This document shows positions 36,900-50,746 of a DNA stretch of 64,000 bases, piece after piece. Every line of letters starts with the position of its first letter. Within the stretch, counting starts at the first letter, position 1. Source of the stretch: Phoronis australis (taxonomy: Eukaryota; Animalia; Phoronida). The translations under genes were made by a program, and so were the position numbers. The DNA lies in NCBI GenBank assembly GCA_002633005.1, contig NMRA01000319.1:165546-229545 (forward strand), written 5' to 3'. The notes under the pieces were generated by a model. The model worked only from the letters and a program-made list of their open reading frames with translations, was not told the origin of the DNA and ran no database searches.

Positions 36900-38840
36900 A
36901 GCCTGAGTATTTTTATTAATGATAGTGTTCAGGATGTGAATTCACCTTTATGTGCAGATGATGATGGTAGTTTCTGCCGAAACGCAATAGCTAGGTTACC
37001 ACCCAAGTCTTGTGAACAATGGCATTTTGGAAACGATTTAATTGAGGTAGTCCCACCTTGTAAGTATCTCGAAGTGTTTGTCACACCAAAGTTAGCTTGG
37101 ACAAAGCCGGCTACTAAGGCGTATCAAGATACCAAATCAGCAATAGCCATTATTAAACTGTTTAAAAATACCAAAGTTTATCTCTGTCTTTGTTATTTGA
37201 CCTATTTGATAAATTGGTGTATCCTACCTTAACCAATGTGATGCAGAAGTGTGGGGGTTTGATAAGTATGTGTCACGTTGGCAGGTTCGTGTTACAGACC
37301 GGTGCTAATAGCTTTCGGTGCGAAGATTGACTGAAGACTGGTTCGAGTTAATCCTTTATTAATCCCGACCGTACGTTCACAAGCCTACTCAAACAAAACG
37401 TCCGACGTAATGTCTGTTTATGCTCCAGCCAATGCTGTGAAGCCTTGACTTGTGATGAACTTCTGAGATACTTCCAGCAACTGTTACACTCGTTGATTCA
37501 ATAACCTGCTGTCTCTATAGCTGGCTCTCTATTGACTATCGTTGTAACTGCTGATTCTCTTCACTGCAACTCAACTGTAGTTCTCCTGATTAACTTTCTT
37601 GAACTGACTTGATCTCCTGATGAAATGCTGACTTGATCTGACTAACTCAAACCTGTGCTTGTGTATTTATAGCCTAATGCATTGTTCTGGAACTTTACAT
37701 CAATTCAAGCACATTCTAGAACTTTCCTGAATCTACCCAATCATTCTACAAACATATACTAGTCTCTATAATATTCCGGACTGCATTAATCACAGTCATG
37801 CTAGAGTCTTCTAGAAAGTTCCACACTATACTGTAGTAAACAAATTACATCATCACTGTTCTGACCTCAGTCTTCTAGAAAGTTCCACACTATTTTGTAG
37901 TAAACAAATTACATCATCACTGTATTTAACTCGGGGTTATGCCAACCAAACAGAATAACAAAACAAAGCAATGCAAATAAAAACAGTTTCAGTCTATATT
38001 CTGACAGTATGAGTGTATTGAACGCGTTTACATTAAATTCTGTAAAATGGTCCTGGCTGTCGGATCTACCTGTTCAAATTCTGCAGTGATAAGCGAATGT
38101 GGTCGCACCCCATTGTTTATTAAATGTTACGTATATGTATGTTAAGTACTGGTTCAAAATTTTGAAAATGCATTATAACAGATATACAAAAACATGCTAC
38201 GATTTATTGTTTAATTTAGATTCCAGTGGGAGGTGTCGCTATAACTGCAGCTAAAACAATTCTATGTAAGTTTTCTTATGAGGTTTGGTCGAAACAGGGT
38301 GTTGCCTGTGAGGCAACCTTTATTAACGTTTTTTCTCAACGTGTTATAGATTGTTATAAACAGGGTTTGCAGTGCGCTGTTGATAATAATTCCAAGTTAA
38401 GATACTTTTCTCAATTTAGATTAGAATACAAATTTCAACCTTACTAGTTATCGGATATACCTAGAAAATTCACATTTTGTTTGACTCGATTTCGTTGTGC
38501 GAATCAGGATTTACTTGTCGAAACTGGCAGGAACAATTCTGTTACATATTCTGACCGCGTGTGTCTTTTCTGTCCGATCGAAGACGAATATCATTTTATA
38601 CTTGTATGCCCAGCATTTCATGATTAAGGGTTAGATTTATCAGTGCAGGGAACATATCCAGTCCCAGTGTCAACAAATTTATAAGTTTAATGAAAACCCT
38701 GACAATTGTTTTATTAGTTCCATTTACAATTCATTTTTGTAAGATATCATCATTACATAAAGACATGTCTTTGCCTCTCTAGTATTTTAACTTTAATTGG
38801 TGTAACTGCCAGTGTACTTTGGGCCCATGGCCTTGAATAT
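36900..38840 (+). mobile_element. Decayed non-LTR retrotransposon (RTE-X- or L2/CR1-group-like), interrupted by a solo LTR
   Basis: Remnant RT motifs (IFIND...CADD, KYLEV) and EVWGFDKY|ECIERVYIKFCK...ISECGRTPL rejoined across the insertion; C-terminal TRFRCANQDLLVETGR...RVCLFC..EDEYHFILVC. Confidence 0.8.
37271..38006 (-). mobile_element. Solo LTR (736 bp) with 5-bp target-site duplication GTATG
   Basis: Termini TGTCA...TGACA flanked by gtatg at 37266-37270 and 38007-38011. Minus-strand TATAAATA (37664-37671) and AATAAA (37355-37360); ~54-bp internal direct repeat in the putative U3 (37806-37923). Confidence 0.85.
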
Positions 38841-41800
38841 TTGTTATATATACTAAATCTTAAGACGGTATTGTCGCAAGATGATGCTGTTTCAAAATTG
38901 GTGCTTGCTTGGTAATATTAAATTTGATTACTGGAAATGTTTTTTGCAGTATTCAATGACATCAGTCGCTGAAAGTGTCACTATGGGTGAATTCGATAAG
39001 ACGCAATCAATGTGTTTTATTACAAAATGGTTTTAAATAGTGAGCCAAAGCGAAGTGCCCTGCTTCTAAACAGAGACTTACGGCTTTTAAAACTGAATAC
39101 TGCATTTCTGAAATTACGACGGGCTTCCTCTCAGCCAGTGCCGGATTGGGCACTAAATTGTCTCTCCGACCCGATGCCGTACAGTGGCCGACTAAGCCGA
39201 ACTAGGCAGTCTGCTTCCACCTCAGACACTCAGATGTGAACGTACAGTACACGATACCGTCACCCTACTACTGCGTCCCACTGGACTTCATTTTATCTGC
39301 TTGCCTTTTTTGTAATTTATCTTTTTGTCGTACCTCTATTAAGAGGGTTTGAAATATAGTGTACATAGATCACGCTATTAAGCTGCAGTGTAGGACTTTT
39401 CATAGTAGTTTGTAAATAAACTCATTTCTTCAGAGAGTAAAATTTAGTGATCCTTTTACGTGTAGTGTGTGTTATCGTAAACAGGAAACATTATAACAAT
39501 TTTTTGCGATTGTTATTTTACTAAAGAAAGCGAACTCTGTAAAATAACAATATCCATAACAAGGAGAGAAATGAACACCTGTTCCGTAAGTACCAACATT
39601 TGAGAAGGAAAAAATGGGACAACTGGATTGAAAAGCAGGATACAAAGTGGGGAAATTGGGTCTATGCCAAAACGCACGAGAGAAATTTGCAGTATTTATG
39701 CGGAGTAAAGAGACCACTGTAGTTTAACTATTCATTCACTGTTACCGACCTATTGTTACCAATATGACCGATTTCACCGTGAATCTACAATACATTGTCA
39801 AAAATCAACTCAAATCTAATAACTGCGTAGGCTTAATTCAGAAAATAATATCTCATTAAATACACATTCATGTATGACCATAATAATGACAATCACCTTC
39901 ACTAATCAGTAACACAGTACAAAGTATTCAAGATTAAATGGTACTGCGTTAGAATTTACAATCTAGATAAAGTAAGCCAAGTTCAAAACTGATATTCCAT
40001 TGAGTAGTTGCATCTATGGTCACCGTGGTTTCGACACAAGCAATCTGGAATCGAAACTTTAGTTTCGTAGTAGAACCTTTTCTACGTTATGTCCTTTGCC
40101 TTCTACCAATTAGTTACGTCCACCAGACGGTGCTATCTCACAACAAAAGAGTTTGGCAGGTCTCCTTATAATTGTGGACCAGGGCATGAAATCAGGCTGT
40201 TTAAGGTTAATTTCGCAGTGATAACAGAAACTAAACAACTGTCAACAAAAGACTCAAGATGATAGTCGACAACTTTATATGCTGAAAAGGTAACGTTTAT
40301 AGGTGAATCGAAGTCCTGGTACAGATCATCATTGCCCTCTGTTTATACAAGCATTCAACCATGTGAGAAGTTTCATGTTCATGAATATAGTACAGGAATG
40401 TTCATAGATCATTCAACTGCGTGTTCTGCAAACATGTGGTGGCGGAATGGTCTAATCCATTGGTATAAATAAACAAAACATGGAGCATTGTCAAGGTGTT
40501 CTATCGAAATTGGAACCCCAGGTCATCCGAGACATCCCGGAGTCGAAAACAGACTCCCGCAGAGCAGCTAACCAGCCCGAAAAACACGAACCCCGACCGT
40601 TAAAACATGAATCCCGGGATTTGTCAGGTTGCCCGGGGAAAGGCGAAACAACACTCCCATACTTTCTGTCAAACATAGTTTATCTCACGAAAAAATAGGC
40701 CTAACTTATACCATTAAAGGGCTTAGTGTTCAAACGATATGCATCAATTTCACATTAATTTTTAGCGACAAAATAAATCTTCCTACGGTAAATAGTTGTG
40801 ATATGTTGTTTTACTATATAAGAATTCTTTATAACTTATAAGTTGACCGATGACGTTCGGCATCAATCTGTTGCTAAAGTTGTGGTGGGATCTTTTGCGT
40901 CACCTATTGGCCATTTTTTTTTCTCCAATTCTTTGGCAAACAACAGTTCTTCTTTCACGAGGTTGCGTACAGCGTGTCAAAACAAATTATCAGAACTGGT
41001 TTCGCTTCATTTCATTACACGTTTCAGTATTTTAATACCAGCAAACTGAATTTCAGAATAATTATGTAGCAGTGATCCGCCAAAAAAAGCGTGATTCCGT
41101 TTTAATCGGATCGACGAGGAGTTGAAGTCAGTGCACTTTTTGTAGGGAAAGAAGGGTGAAACTGGTGACGGTGCAGGTCTTTTGAGTAAATTATTTTAGC
41201 ATTCCATTTCATAATCCGGAAATTAATTGTGCAAGAAATAATGTACCCTCGACAAGTAATTCGACAAGCCCTAAATTGCGGTCAATTGTATGTCACGCGG
41301 GAAATTACAATAGTATGGATTATATTTTGATAGTGTGGCGGGATGTCGGTAAAGAGTCAACAAAAGAAATAGTCCGCCAAGAACGGGATGATTGACATGT
41401 ACAATGTATTCTTTCGGCAACACAAAGTATTGGATTGGATGTAAATTTTCCATTTTTTATACGTTACAATTAGGTAAATACTACAGATATCGGATCAACG
41501 AAAAGTGAGCTCTATTTGGGCAACAGGTAAACATTGCACAAACGAATTGTTATAGCAACAGTTGAAAACAGTGATAATTAACACAAAAAAAACGACGCTT
41601 AGCTACGCAAATACGTGTATTCTCAGTACAAAAGTTTAACGACACCTGTTAGTAGGGCCTAATTTTTCAGTTAAAATAGCCATGCGGAGAATTTCTCCCT
41701 TACACTGGTCACCGCTCAGATTCCCTTATCCCCAGACAACTTTTACAATGCCTATTCAGAACGCCTTTTGTATTGATGTAGATCTGAGCTAATGAAGTGG

Positions 41801-44800
41801 AAAGATAATGCTTGCATTACTGTCTCAACAATGGTTGTTGTTAGAACCCTCAATTTGGTTTTCTCTGGTATTTTCAGAGTTATAGCCTGCAACTCTGGAG
41901 AGTAGTTTTAACTCATTGGTACAATTTTAGAAGAAGCGATCTTTGAAGAAAAAATGAAATATTCCCTTTCATCGAGTTTGATGACGTCACAGCGCACTCG
42001 GTCCGAGTCGCAAAACTCAGCGTATTGAGTAGTAAATTTTTTTGATAACTTTTCAAAGACTTGAGAGGTTATTGTTTTGTTGGAACTGCTGGTTACGTGC
42101 CAAATGAAATTAATTACTTTTCATTGCGCCAAGTATGTCCGGCGTCTCATGAAGTACACTAAGTTGATAGCCAGTGCAACTGTAAAACTTAAAAAGAAAA
42201 TTTAGATTTTGAGACGCTAAAGGGGTCGGCTGTCGGTGATTGTATTCTGTGGAACGAATATAGGTGTTAATGATCACTTATTACAAATATAGACAAAAAT
42301 CTTGCCACTTATCAAAAAAACGGTAGTTGCATGCCTCATAGTACTCTAGGCCAGCAACCCCCCGCCGGCAGCCGGGTGCCCGGCACTCGTGAAACCAAAT
42401 GAACGATACAAGAAAACGTAATGGTGAAAAGCAGGAAAAACGATTACAAAAATCGAGGTTGTGAACAGAAAAAGGGTCATTGAAGAAAAAGTCTAAGAAC
42501 CTATGAAATATTTCTATTATTCGAGTTCGATAACGTATAGCCTACGTCACCGAGCGCACTCGGACCAAGTAAACCGGCTGCAAGCAAAACTGCAGCATAT
42601 TCAGTCGTAAAATCTGGTTGATAACTCTCTAGGCAAAAAGCAGATGCAAAGGGTCAAATTTTATGTGAAATCTAAGTGTTTGATTTGTCTGCGTTGTGCA
42701 TTTTTGACTGCAGTTCTCCCTGGCTGGCTCATGTAGTAACTTAATTACTCTATTATCGGTTTGTTCAAAGGATTAAAATAAAGATTTTTGTCGACCACAT
42801 ATATTTTTCAGTGAAACATATGGGTTACTCAAATGATAAAAAAGCCCATAAAAATGAAATTTGGTTTAGAAAAGCTGCATTTGTCAGACCTGTTCACTAT
42901 AACACTATGGTAAACATTCCGATATCAACGGTGACATTGTCACTTGGTCGTAGGTACCTACTTGGTCTGCGAGATCCGACCGTGTGAGCCGACCAAGTTA
43001 ACTTGGTCGGGTGGCTTACTTGGTCTGCAACACCTATATCCCGGTAATTGTATATAAAATCTTTGCTGAAAGTGCTGTCCACGAGTCGACTAACCATGAC
43101 GCTATTCATAGAACTCTACCCATGAATTACAGCTTGCCGTGAGAGTGTGTACTGTAAATGTCCAACAAATTGAGTGTACTCGACTGAGTTTTTGATCAGT
43201 GGAGTGATAGTGTAGTTATCAAATCAATTGAGGCCAATTTGACATTTAGTGTTCAAGAGTTGTAGACAAGTTAACGAGCGATTTCCCCTCAAAATTAGTC
43301 AACAAACCAGGCACTGGTAATTGTTTATATCCACCGACCCGTGGCCCTGACCGCCAGGATGTCGAGTAGGCCCAGACCGGTCTCTGATGCATACATATTT
43401 AGTTTCAGAATCACTTCCTACAACTTATCAAGCTGCATGCTAAGAGTTTTTTGACAAGACATTTTTGAGTACTAAAATCAACTTACAGTATTTTACCGGA
43501 GGAAGTGACTTTGGTTTCCAAGTGTTCGTACTACGCTTACAATGAGGAAGTCACGCATTCTCGAGTCTACAGATGTGCGGGAATTTTCACCGCTCGTCCT
43601 TCTGAGCGGCTTTTACCAGGATTAAATAAAGAGAGCGCGGCGCCGGAATCAGGTACATGTGATGACCGCATTGCTCGATGCGAGCAAGACCTAATGAAAT
43701 GTAATTACCCGACCATAAACTGAGAGGCCTATTAAACATCTCTGGCTGTACATAATGGCGAATTTTCAAAAGGCTTTAAAAACGAACATCACGGCGGTAT
43801 TCAGCTGGCGGAAAAAAACAACCATGTACGGTTTTCGATTTTTAAAAATAGATGAACTAATAATCTAAAACCTACAACCATCATGATTGGGCACGAATGA
43901 TGACAAACTACAGCTTGTATTAATGTACTCGGTGGATATACAAACGCTGATCAGAGTTAACAATATCACATTGATTCATGTCTTAATATACTTTCAATCT
44001 TGTTTAACCACATTTTTGACCAGGAAACAGTTGTACTTACATTGTGCCCACTTTTCATTTTTTATTGCTGACAAAGAGCTAGAATAGTTATATAGTCAGT
44101 GCCACCGAAATTGTCCAGAGATTCCAAATCTTCAGTTCTGGTTATCGCCATATTTGCACTTTTGCATATATTTTATGATTTGAGTTCTAATAAAGATTAA
44201 ACTTTAATGACACGTGAAATATTTAGTGTACCTGTAATATGCAAGTTTAGGGATTGGCTCACAATGAACTTAACTAATTTAGTTTCGCCGCCGATCAAAA
44301 TCTACCACTATTTTGGTAGTTCAGTTTAAAACTTAGATTAAAAGTTATCAACCCGTTCCCGGTAAAAAAAAAACAAGTCGGCAGAAGCATTAAAAATTAA
44401 ATAACGAAATGCAATATGAAACATATCGTTTCTTTGGGAAGTGGCCCTTTGTGAAGATAAACACAAGTTGTCCTTTTTAGTCATTTTGTAATATTTATAT
44501 AGTTTCTCGTTCTTAGTTTTCACTGTTAAAGAACCATTTGCTTTTCTTGTATTACTCACTACTAGAATTGACACCACGAGAGGCGGGCGCTGCCGGAACC
44601 ACGGCAGCAGGCTTTCGATGTTTCGACAATTCTGAGTCGTAAAATTTTCGTCTATATTTGTAACAACTGATCGTTAACAACTTCACATCCACACAACAGA
44701 GCAAGACGCTGTTTGCATCTCAAAGCATGAAGTTTCTNGCTACGAAAAGAACAGTATAGGTAGCGCTGTGTCGTGGACGGTCTCGCCACCTGGTGACTCT

Positions 44801-45123
44801 CCGTCTCCCAACAGATGTCTCTTCTAAAGTGTGTTGTAGCAACAGAACTATTTGCACTATTTGCCTACGCATAAATCTGCTTCAAAAAATCTTTAATTTA
44901 AAAATATTTTACTTATTAAATTATGTAAAATTTCCAAAAATATTTCTGCTTATATTCTCACAAAACGTCTCCTATTTGTTTTTATCTTTTTTTTCTTTTG
45001 GTACTATTTCTTGTGTATGGATAAGATGTTGATGTTGTTCGGTCCCCTCGTGAAAGATGGAAAGATGTTGGCAAAAGTTTGAATTTCTGTAAAGAGAAAT
45101 AAGTTCTTCTCACTTCATTGAAT

Positions 45124-45142
45124 ATGTCAGAAGAAGACAAAG
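45124..45142 (+). CDS. CFAP92: CFAP92/KIAA1257-like, putative first coding exon (MSEEDK)
   Basis: ATG TCA GAA GAA GAC AAA G|gtacgg; phase 1 fits the next exon. The exon is very short, so the call is tentative. Confidence 0.55.
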
Positions 45143-46161
45143 GTACGGGTTTTCATTCTGGCAAGTCCTTAGGAATATCTATGCTTGTGCACCATGCCAA
45201 GTGAATGGCTAAATCGTTCCCTGAGAATCGTTTGTTCGGCCTCCCCTTTGCCGCCGCGCTCTCTCAGCGATGTTTAGCCAATGATTTAGTTAAGATGCTC
45301 ATAAATAAGGTGATGTTCCAAGTTTCAGTGATGTTATTTTTAACTAGGCTACCATCTTTACTATGATAACGGATGACGTCTGAGTCTAGCGAATGTCAGA
45401 CATTAAACTTATTGGACTCTACCCGGTACATGACCTTAGCTGTACTCTAACTTTTGCCTGTGTGGGAAAATGTTTGTAAAAAAACTAGAGTTAAAACCTG
45501 ACATAAAATTAGTGACATAATAAGCAACTCTCAGTTTTAAGTCCTTGGATTCCAGTGCAAAAATAATTATTCTTTTAGTTCTAGTACGTTATCGTGGGCC
45601 GATTCAATTGGGCATCAACTTTGTCTTTGAATTCCATAAAGTAGGCCACAATCTGTTGGCCAATTTCTGTTTTTGTCCATTCTTAAATCTCTCGTTTGTG
45701 TGTTGACAAGTATGTTCACGCTTTCCTAGCTGGCTTGGTATGAAGCCCTTGAATATATATACAGCTTGGTATGAAGCCCTTGAATATATGTATACAGCTT
45801 TGCACTACGGGTAAAAAAATGGTCAAATGAAATCTTACACAAAATTAATATTATCATAAAAAAATTCGCTCTTCCTTGAGTTAGATGAATTAGCTATATG
45901 TGTTTACAAAATTGCCGTTCTAGCATGATTCTACTGCAAAATCTGTGGAACGGTCTTATGTGTTGGCTTTTAGAACCACGAATTAGACATGCATCAAATT
46001 CTGCAGGCTTTATTTTCTGAAAATATAACCAGTACATCTGTACTTTTACTGATCAGTTAAAGAATATTGCTTTGTAAATGTCTGACCAAATACAGACTTA
46101 TTGAGAAAGTTTACATAAATTTAGGCAGTTTTGTGCAGCCGGTATTCTGTTTCATTTTCAG

Positions 46162-46572
46162 TTGATGTTTCAATAAATGAAAATGTGAATGATGATGATG
46201 GTAATGAGAGCCAAAAACTGAACGATGACGAAGTCAGCCTGACTGCGACCACCATCAGTGACGATGACAATAAGAGTGCAGTAACACAAAACGTGCCTCT
46301 GGACAGTCCCAGATTGTCAGAAAATGACACACTCTCGGGGAAGTCTAGTCCCGTTGTTAGCGAGAGGACAATCAGTCGCCCGGATAGTGGTTCGACGAAA
46401 GTGTCCGCAGTGACAAGTGCAAAACCTAACTCAGCCTCGATTCGGCCAAAAAGCGAGTCGAGTGAAGTGAGCTTCATCGCACGCAAGAAGTCGTCCAAGT
46501 CAACAGCGGAGCTCCCACCGGGATCCCACGAAGTCACGTTTACTGTAACAATTTCAAAAGCCATTCCCACAT
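46162..46572 (+). CDS. CFAP92: CFAP92-like exon
   Basis: Low-complexity N-terminus followed by HEVTFTVTISKAIPT; ttttcag acceptor, gtaagt donor. Confidence 0.85.
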
Positions 46573-47235
46573 GTAAGTATCAAGACTTCTCAGAAGTGAC
46601 AGTACCAACATACGTTTCCTACCCTCACTTTCTCTCATGAAATGATACAGCTTTCCACTGATAAGTTCAATTTTATTTGTTGAACGTGGTAATAAAAATT
46701 TTATTGTGTTTTAAATGAAGTCAATGTGCTGTAAACAAAATATAATTTATTGCAGATACAGGTACATGTATGCCTCAGTGCAAATTCTGCTTTTGAACAT
46801 TTAGTAGTCGTCTTGCCATACCTGTTCATGTCAATCCTGAGGACATTTAAATCATCATATGCGTAGGAAGTGAGGGATCAAGGGGTCATACACCCATGAT
46901 GAAGGAAGGTAGGGGGTAGCTCCCCTACACTATACCAAAAAGGGGTATTCACATGATTTTGTTCCACCTCTCTACTCTTGAGAACCTTAACAAAGTCTTA
47001 ACTGTTATACCTATGATGAAGCAAACTAAAAGCTTTATGGATGCCATGATAGTTATTAAATTCAAAACACCGTGGAAAGTCTGAAATTTTCAAAGTGTTG
47101 GTGCTTGGGTGCGTGTTATGCATTGACCAGAAAGGATGAGGTTTAGAACTTGTCTTGTTGTTTCTGTAATCTTGAAATGTTTTAATGTGCTGTGCAATTT
47201 TGTGATTTGATCTTTGTTAAAAATTTAACTAACAG

Positions 47236-47292
47236 ATGGAAAGCAAGCCAAGAACGCAAATGCAAACTGGGAAGACGAGAGTCCCTCTCGCA
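47236..47292 (+). CDS. CFAP92: Possible 57-nt in-frame cassette exon of the CFAP92-like gene
   Basis: aacag|...|gtaagc, phase 1-1, stop-free (GKQAKNANANWEDESPSR). Confidence 0.45.
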
Positions 47293-48739
47293 GTAAGCAT
47301 GTGAACACTTCTAAATAACAACCATCACTCAAAACACCTGATACTAATTTAAAAACACAGTTCAGCCAACCCTCTTAATTAAAATAAAGCATAACGTCTT
47401 TCCCCATTGCTGTATAATTTTTAATTCATAACTTAATCTTGATATATAGACTTGGTGCTCATATTTTTTCTTTGCTTCGTTCAGTGCTTGAAGTCACATG
47501 CAGCGGCAGGCAGTTAATATCTAACTAGAATGAATGCGACAAATTTGTTTTTGACACCATAAGCTGCGAAATGCGCATAGCTTATGGAGCAATCATGGAT
47601 CCGAAACTGAGAACCCGGTAAAGCCTCAAAATTCTTGAGAAAGGGAGGCACTCGGTGCTATTAGGGTCGAAAAAACGCGTTTGTGGATTATCGTTTGGAA
47701 GGACTTGAAGTTGTTAGCTTTAACCAGGGCTGTAAAATAACTCAGTTCTTGGGATTTTAGCACAGATCGCTAATTGTTGCCATTGGTTGCCAGTTATTTA
47801 CTAAAATTGACACAATGGAATTATCAGTCAGAGTTAAGTGCACTTAAAGTACTCTCTTATTTATCGAGTGCAGTTTAGCTCTGCGTGATAAGCACTGGAA
47901 TGCTACCCCTGATGTCATTACTTCAAGTCTGTCTTCTGATTCAAACACACCTACTAAAATGCTGACTGTCATTTTTAAATGCTGTTGCATGTAACTTGTC
48001 TTTGTGACCTTTGACCTCCAACTGTGGCTGCTGTCACTATTGCCATCAGTTGTCTTTTTGAATTCACAATCTTCTTCTGGACATGAACATATTTTTTAGT
48101 CAATAAAGGAGATAAGAGAAAAGTTGAGTGAGTGTGTAGTGACTGTCTTAGCATGTCTATTGGATGCAGTAAACACTTAAAGTTCAAGGAAAGTGAAATT
48201 TCATTTTCATTAATTTGTTAAATTTGTCAAAAAATTTAGATACCCTCTTTATTGTTGACATGGATTATACAAAACCAACAATAGAATTACAAACGAGAGT
48301 AATGTTTGGATGTTTTTACATTTTGAATCAATATTTCGTTAATGGTAAATTAGCAGTTTTGGCAATTATTTTGTAACATTGAAATTTGGCAAATAAGTTT
48401 ATGATAGCTGCATCTTCAGTATATATGTTGGTGGTTCTAGGATAGGTAGGGAACCCACAGTCGCCTTGCACAAAAGAGTTATTCATGATCACCAGGGTAA
48501 TCACTGTAGGGGATGTAGACTTATGGACTACGGAATGGCTTGAGGGGGTACTCGCGGGCCCCCTAAATCTACAAATATGTGCATACCTGTCCCATCCACA
48601 TGTTACTTCCCTGAGACATTACTGCACAAACTTTTTTTTAAAATAATTGCAGGCGCTCTGATAGACTGACACGCACTGTGCTAGACATGCATAGGCCACG
48701 GTTGTGGGCCCATTGCCCTCATGACCTGGAACAGTTTTT

Positions 48740-48878
48740 ATGCTTTAGTAATAGTTGAAACCGAGCTGAGGACCTAGAAACATGACTCAAGGGCTTAGCA
48801 GTGTGACCCAGTGAGACTCGAACCCTCGACCTCGAGTTAAGAAAGCGGTCACCTATCATACTAACTCACACTGCGTAG
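48740..48878 (-). mobile_element. tRNA-derived SINE-like fragment
   Basis: Minus strand has a B-box-like GGTTCGAGTC (~48814-48823) preceded by a degenerate A-box; no complete cloverleaf. Confidence 0.5.
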
Positions 48879-50746
48879 TCAAGTACAAATTTTTCAAACA
48901 TTATTCAAAGTTCTATCAGTTGTTAAAGAAAATATTCTGGGGAGGTTTGTTGTTTTGCCACTTGTCAGTTTTCAGTTGACAGTTGAAGTGAGATTCATTG
49001 TCAATTGCAGCTGAAAAAGGCTAAAAGCTGAACAATTGTGCTCACTTTCAGAACCAAAATCTTTTAGAAAAATAAAGTGAAACAAGTTTGAGCAGGTTAA
49101 ACCTGTTAAAAACATGCCCTTTGAGTTCTACCCCGGATATGCTGTACAAGGCAAAAGTGTTCAAACAAAATGACCCAGAATTCCCCGTCATTCCGACTGG
49201 GCGGAAGCCAAATTCGTTGTAGTCTCCCCTCATTACTGAAAATGAAGGGCATTACCAGTACAGTTAGGTAATGGTGGCTACTAGTAAGCCATTCTGCTAT
49301 TAGAATTTTGTCCCCGTAATCGTTAATTGCCAACCATTTTTGTTGTTAACAGGATTAGTCACCTTGACGGAGAAATGGTATTTTGTCTGATTATTTTTTT
49401 TCTTTAAAAACTAGAAGTGTTTACCAGAACTCGATAATTCTTCTGATAAGTTTAAAAGCAAGAGGACGAGTTTCCTTATTAAAACATATGCGAGTCCCAA
49501 AATAATTGAATCTTTTTTATAGTCAGTAGCCTGGGATTTCCTCTGCTCACTATTTTGATACATGTATAAACTACATTCTCCATCGTTTAAGTGAAGGTGT
49601 CAATCATAATTTAAGTTTATGTTGTTTCATCCTATGTAGCACGTCGTCTTTCTCATTTAATCCTCGAACTAATTAAGAATGAATGCCTTCTAGCAGTCAT
49701 CTTACGGTTCCTTAAGTTTCTTTTCGCTCCCTTTCCCCCTCTTGCAGGTGCCGGCTTTTGCTAGAGAACTAATCTCAATAAAATATTAATACAAGAAATG
49801 AGACCGCTTAAGTGTGATTAACGTGCGTGTTTTCCTAAATGCTGCCTCTTATTTTGCTATAAATATCTATAATTCATCACCGTTACATGCGCATTTAAGC
49901 TTAATAGCTTGCAGGTGTTATTGATTAAGCGGCAGTGTGCAGTGGGATTTTCTGTCGCGTGTGATGAAGTGTGCAGCGTATTTCATGAGACTTTAGGTGA
50001 ACATTGATAGGTGCAGTGTAACAATCGTGATTGAATTTGTTTTTTATTCAGTGAGTTAATTAAGTTTGACAGACCAATTTCACCTTGTGGCCTTTGTGTT
50101 CAACAAATGTTCTGGTATTCCGTATAAGATACCACATGTTTGAAAAGGAAAATGTTAAATGCTTTAAGTACTACCATGAATAGATTGATTATGATTTGAA
50201 ATTAAAATCATAGGCAGTGGAGGACCAGAACTTCTTCAAAAGCTTTGTGCTTGGCTAGCAGGCTTTCATAATTTTACCAGATTGTTCATAGGGAATGGAG
50301 TAGTTACCCATCGACGACCTGTTTGTGTTCACGGACGCCGATAGGTAAAGTTGTACTCTATTCCCTATACTATGTAATGGTGCCAGCTATGAACATTCAT
50401 TCTGTCAGATTGTTCGTGTTGATTTGAATTATGATAACCTGCTTGTGAAGTTATGTTATTTTTCATCATTTAGAATTTATTGATCAATTTGTTTGATGGA
50501 TAATGTATTACAGATGTATTGCTTTTCAATCCAACTGATTATAATTGGATTAAGCAACTCTAAAATAAGAATTTTGCAAGAGGACACTGACTGATCCCAT
50601 GATATTTCCTTGTAAATGATATAAAATACTGTGAAATACGCCAAATCTAGTTTCAAAGAATGCATGCTATGAACATTCCCACTAAATAAAATTGGTTCTA
50701 ACCCCGGTGTTTAAGGTAAACGGCGGGGTATGGAAAATTGAACTAG

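Noticed and set aside
41975-42630. Diverged direct repeats (acgtcac..agcgcactcgg...gataact) about 560 bp apart
   Set aside because: Probably old repeat fragments; no boundaries, TSD or coding content identifiable.
44829-44845. TAGCAAC RFX half-site upstream of the ciliary gene CFAP92
   Set aside because: Only one half matches the X-box consensus; plausible but unsupported.
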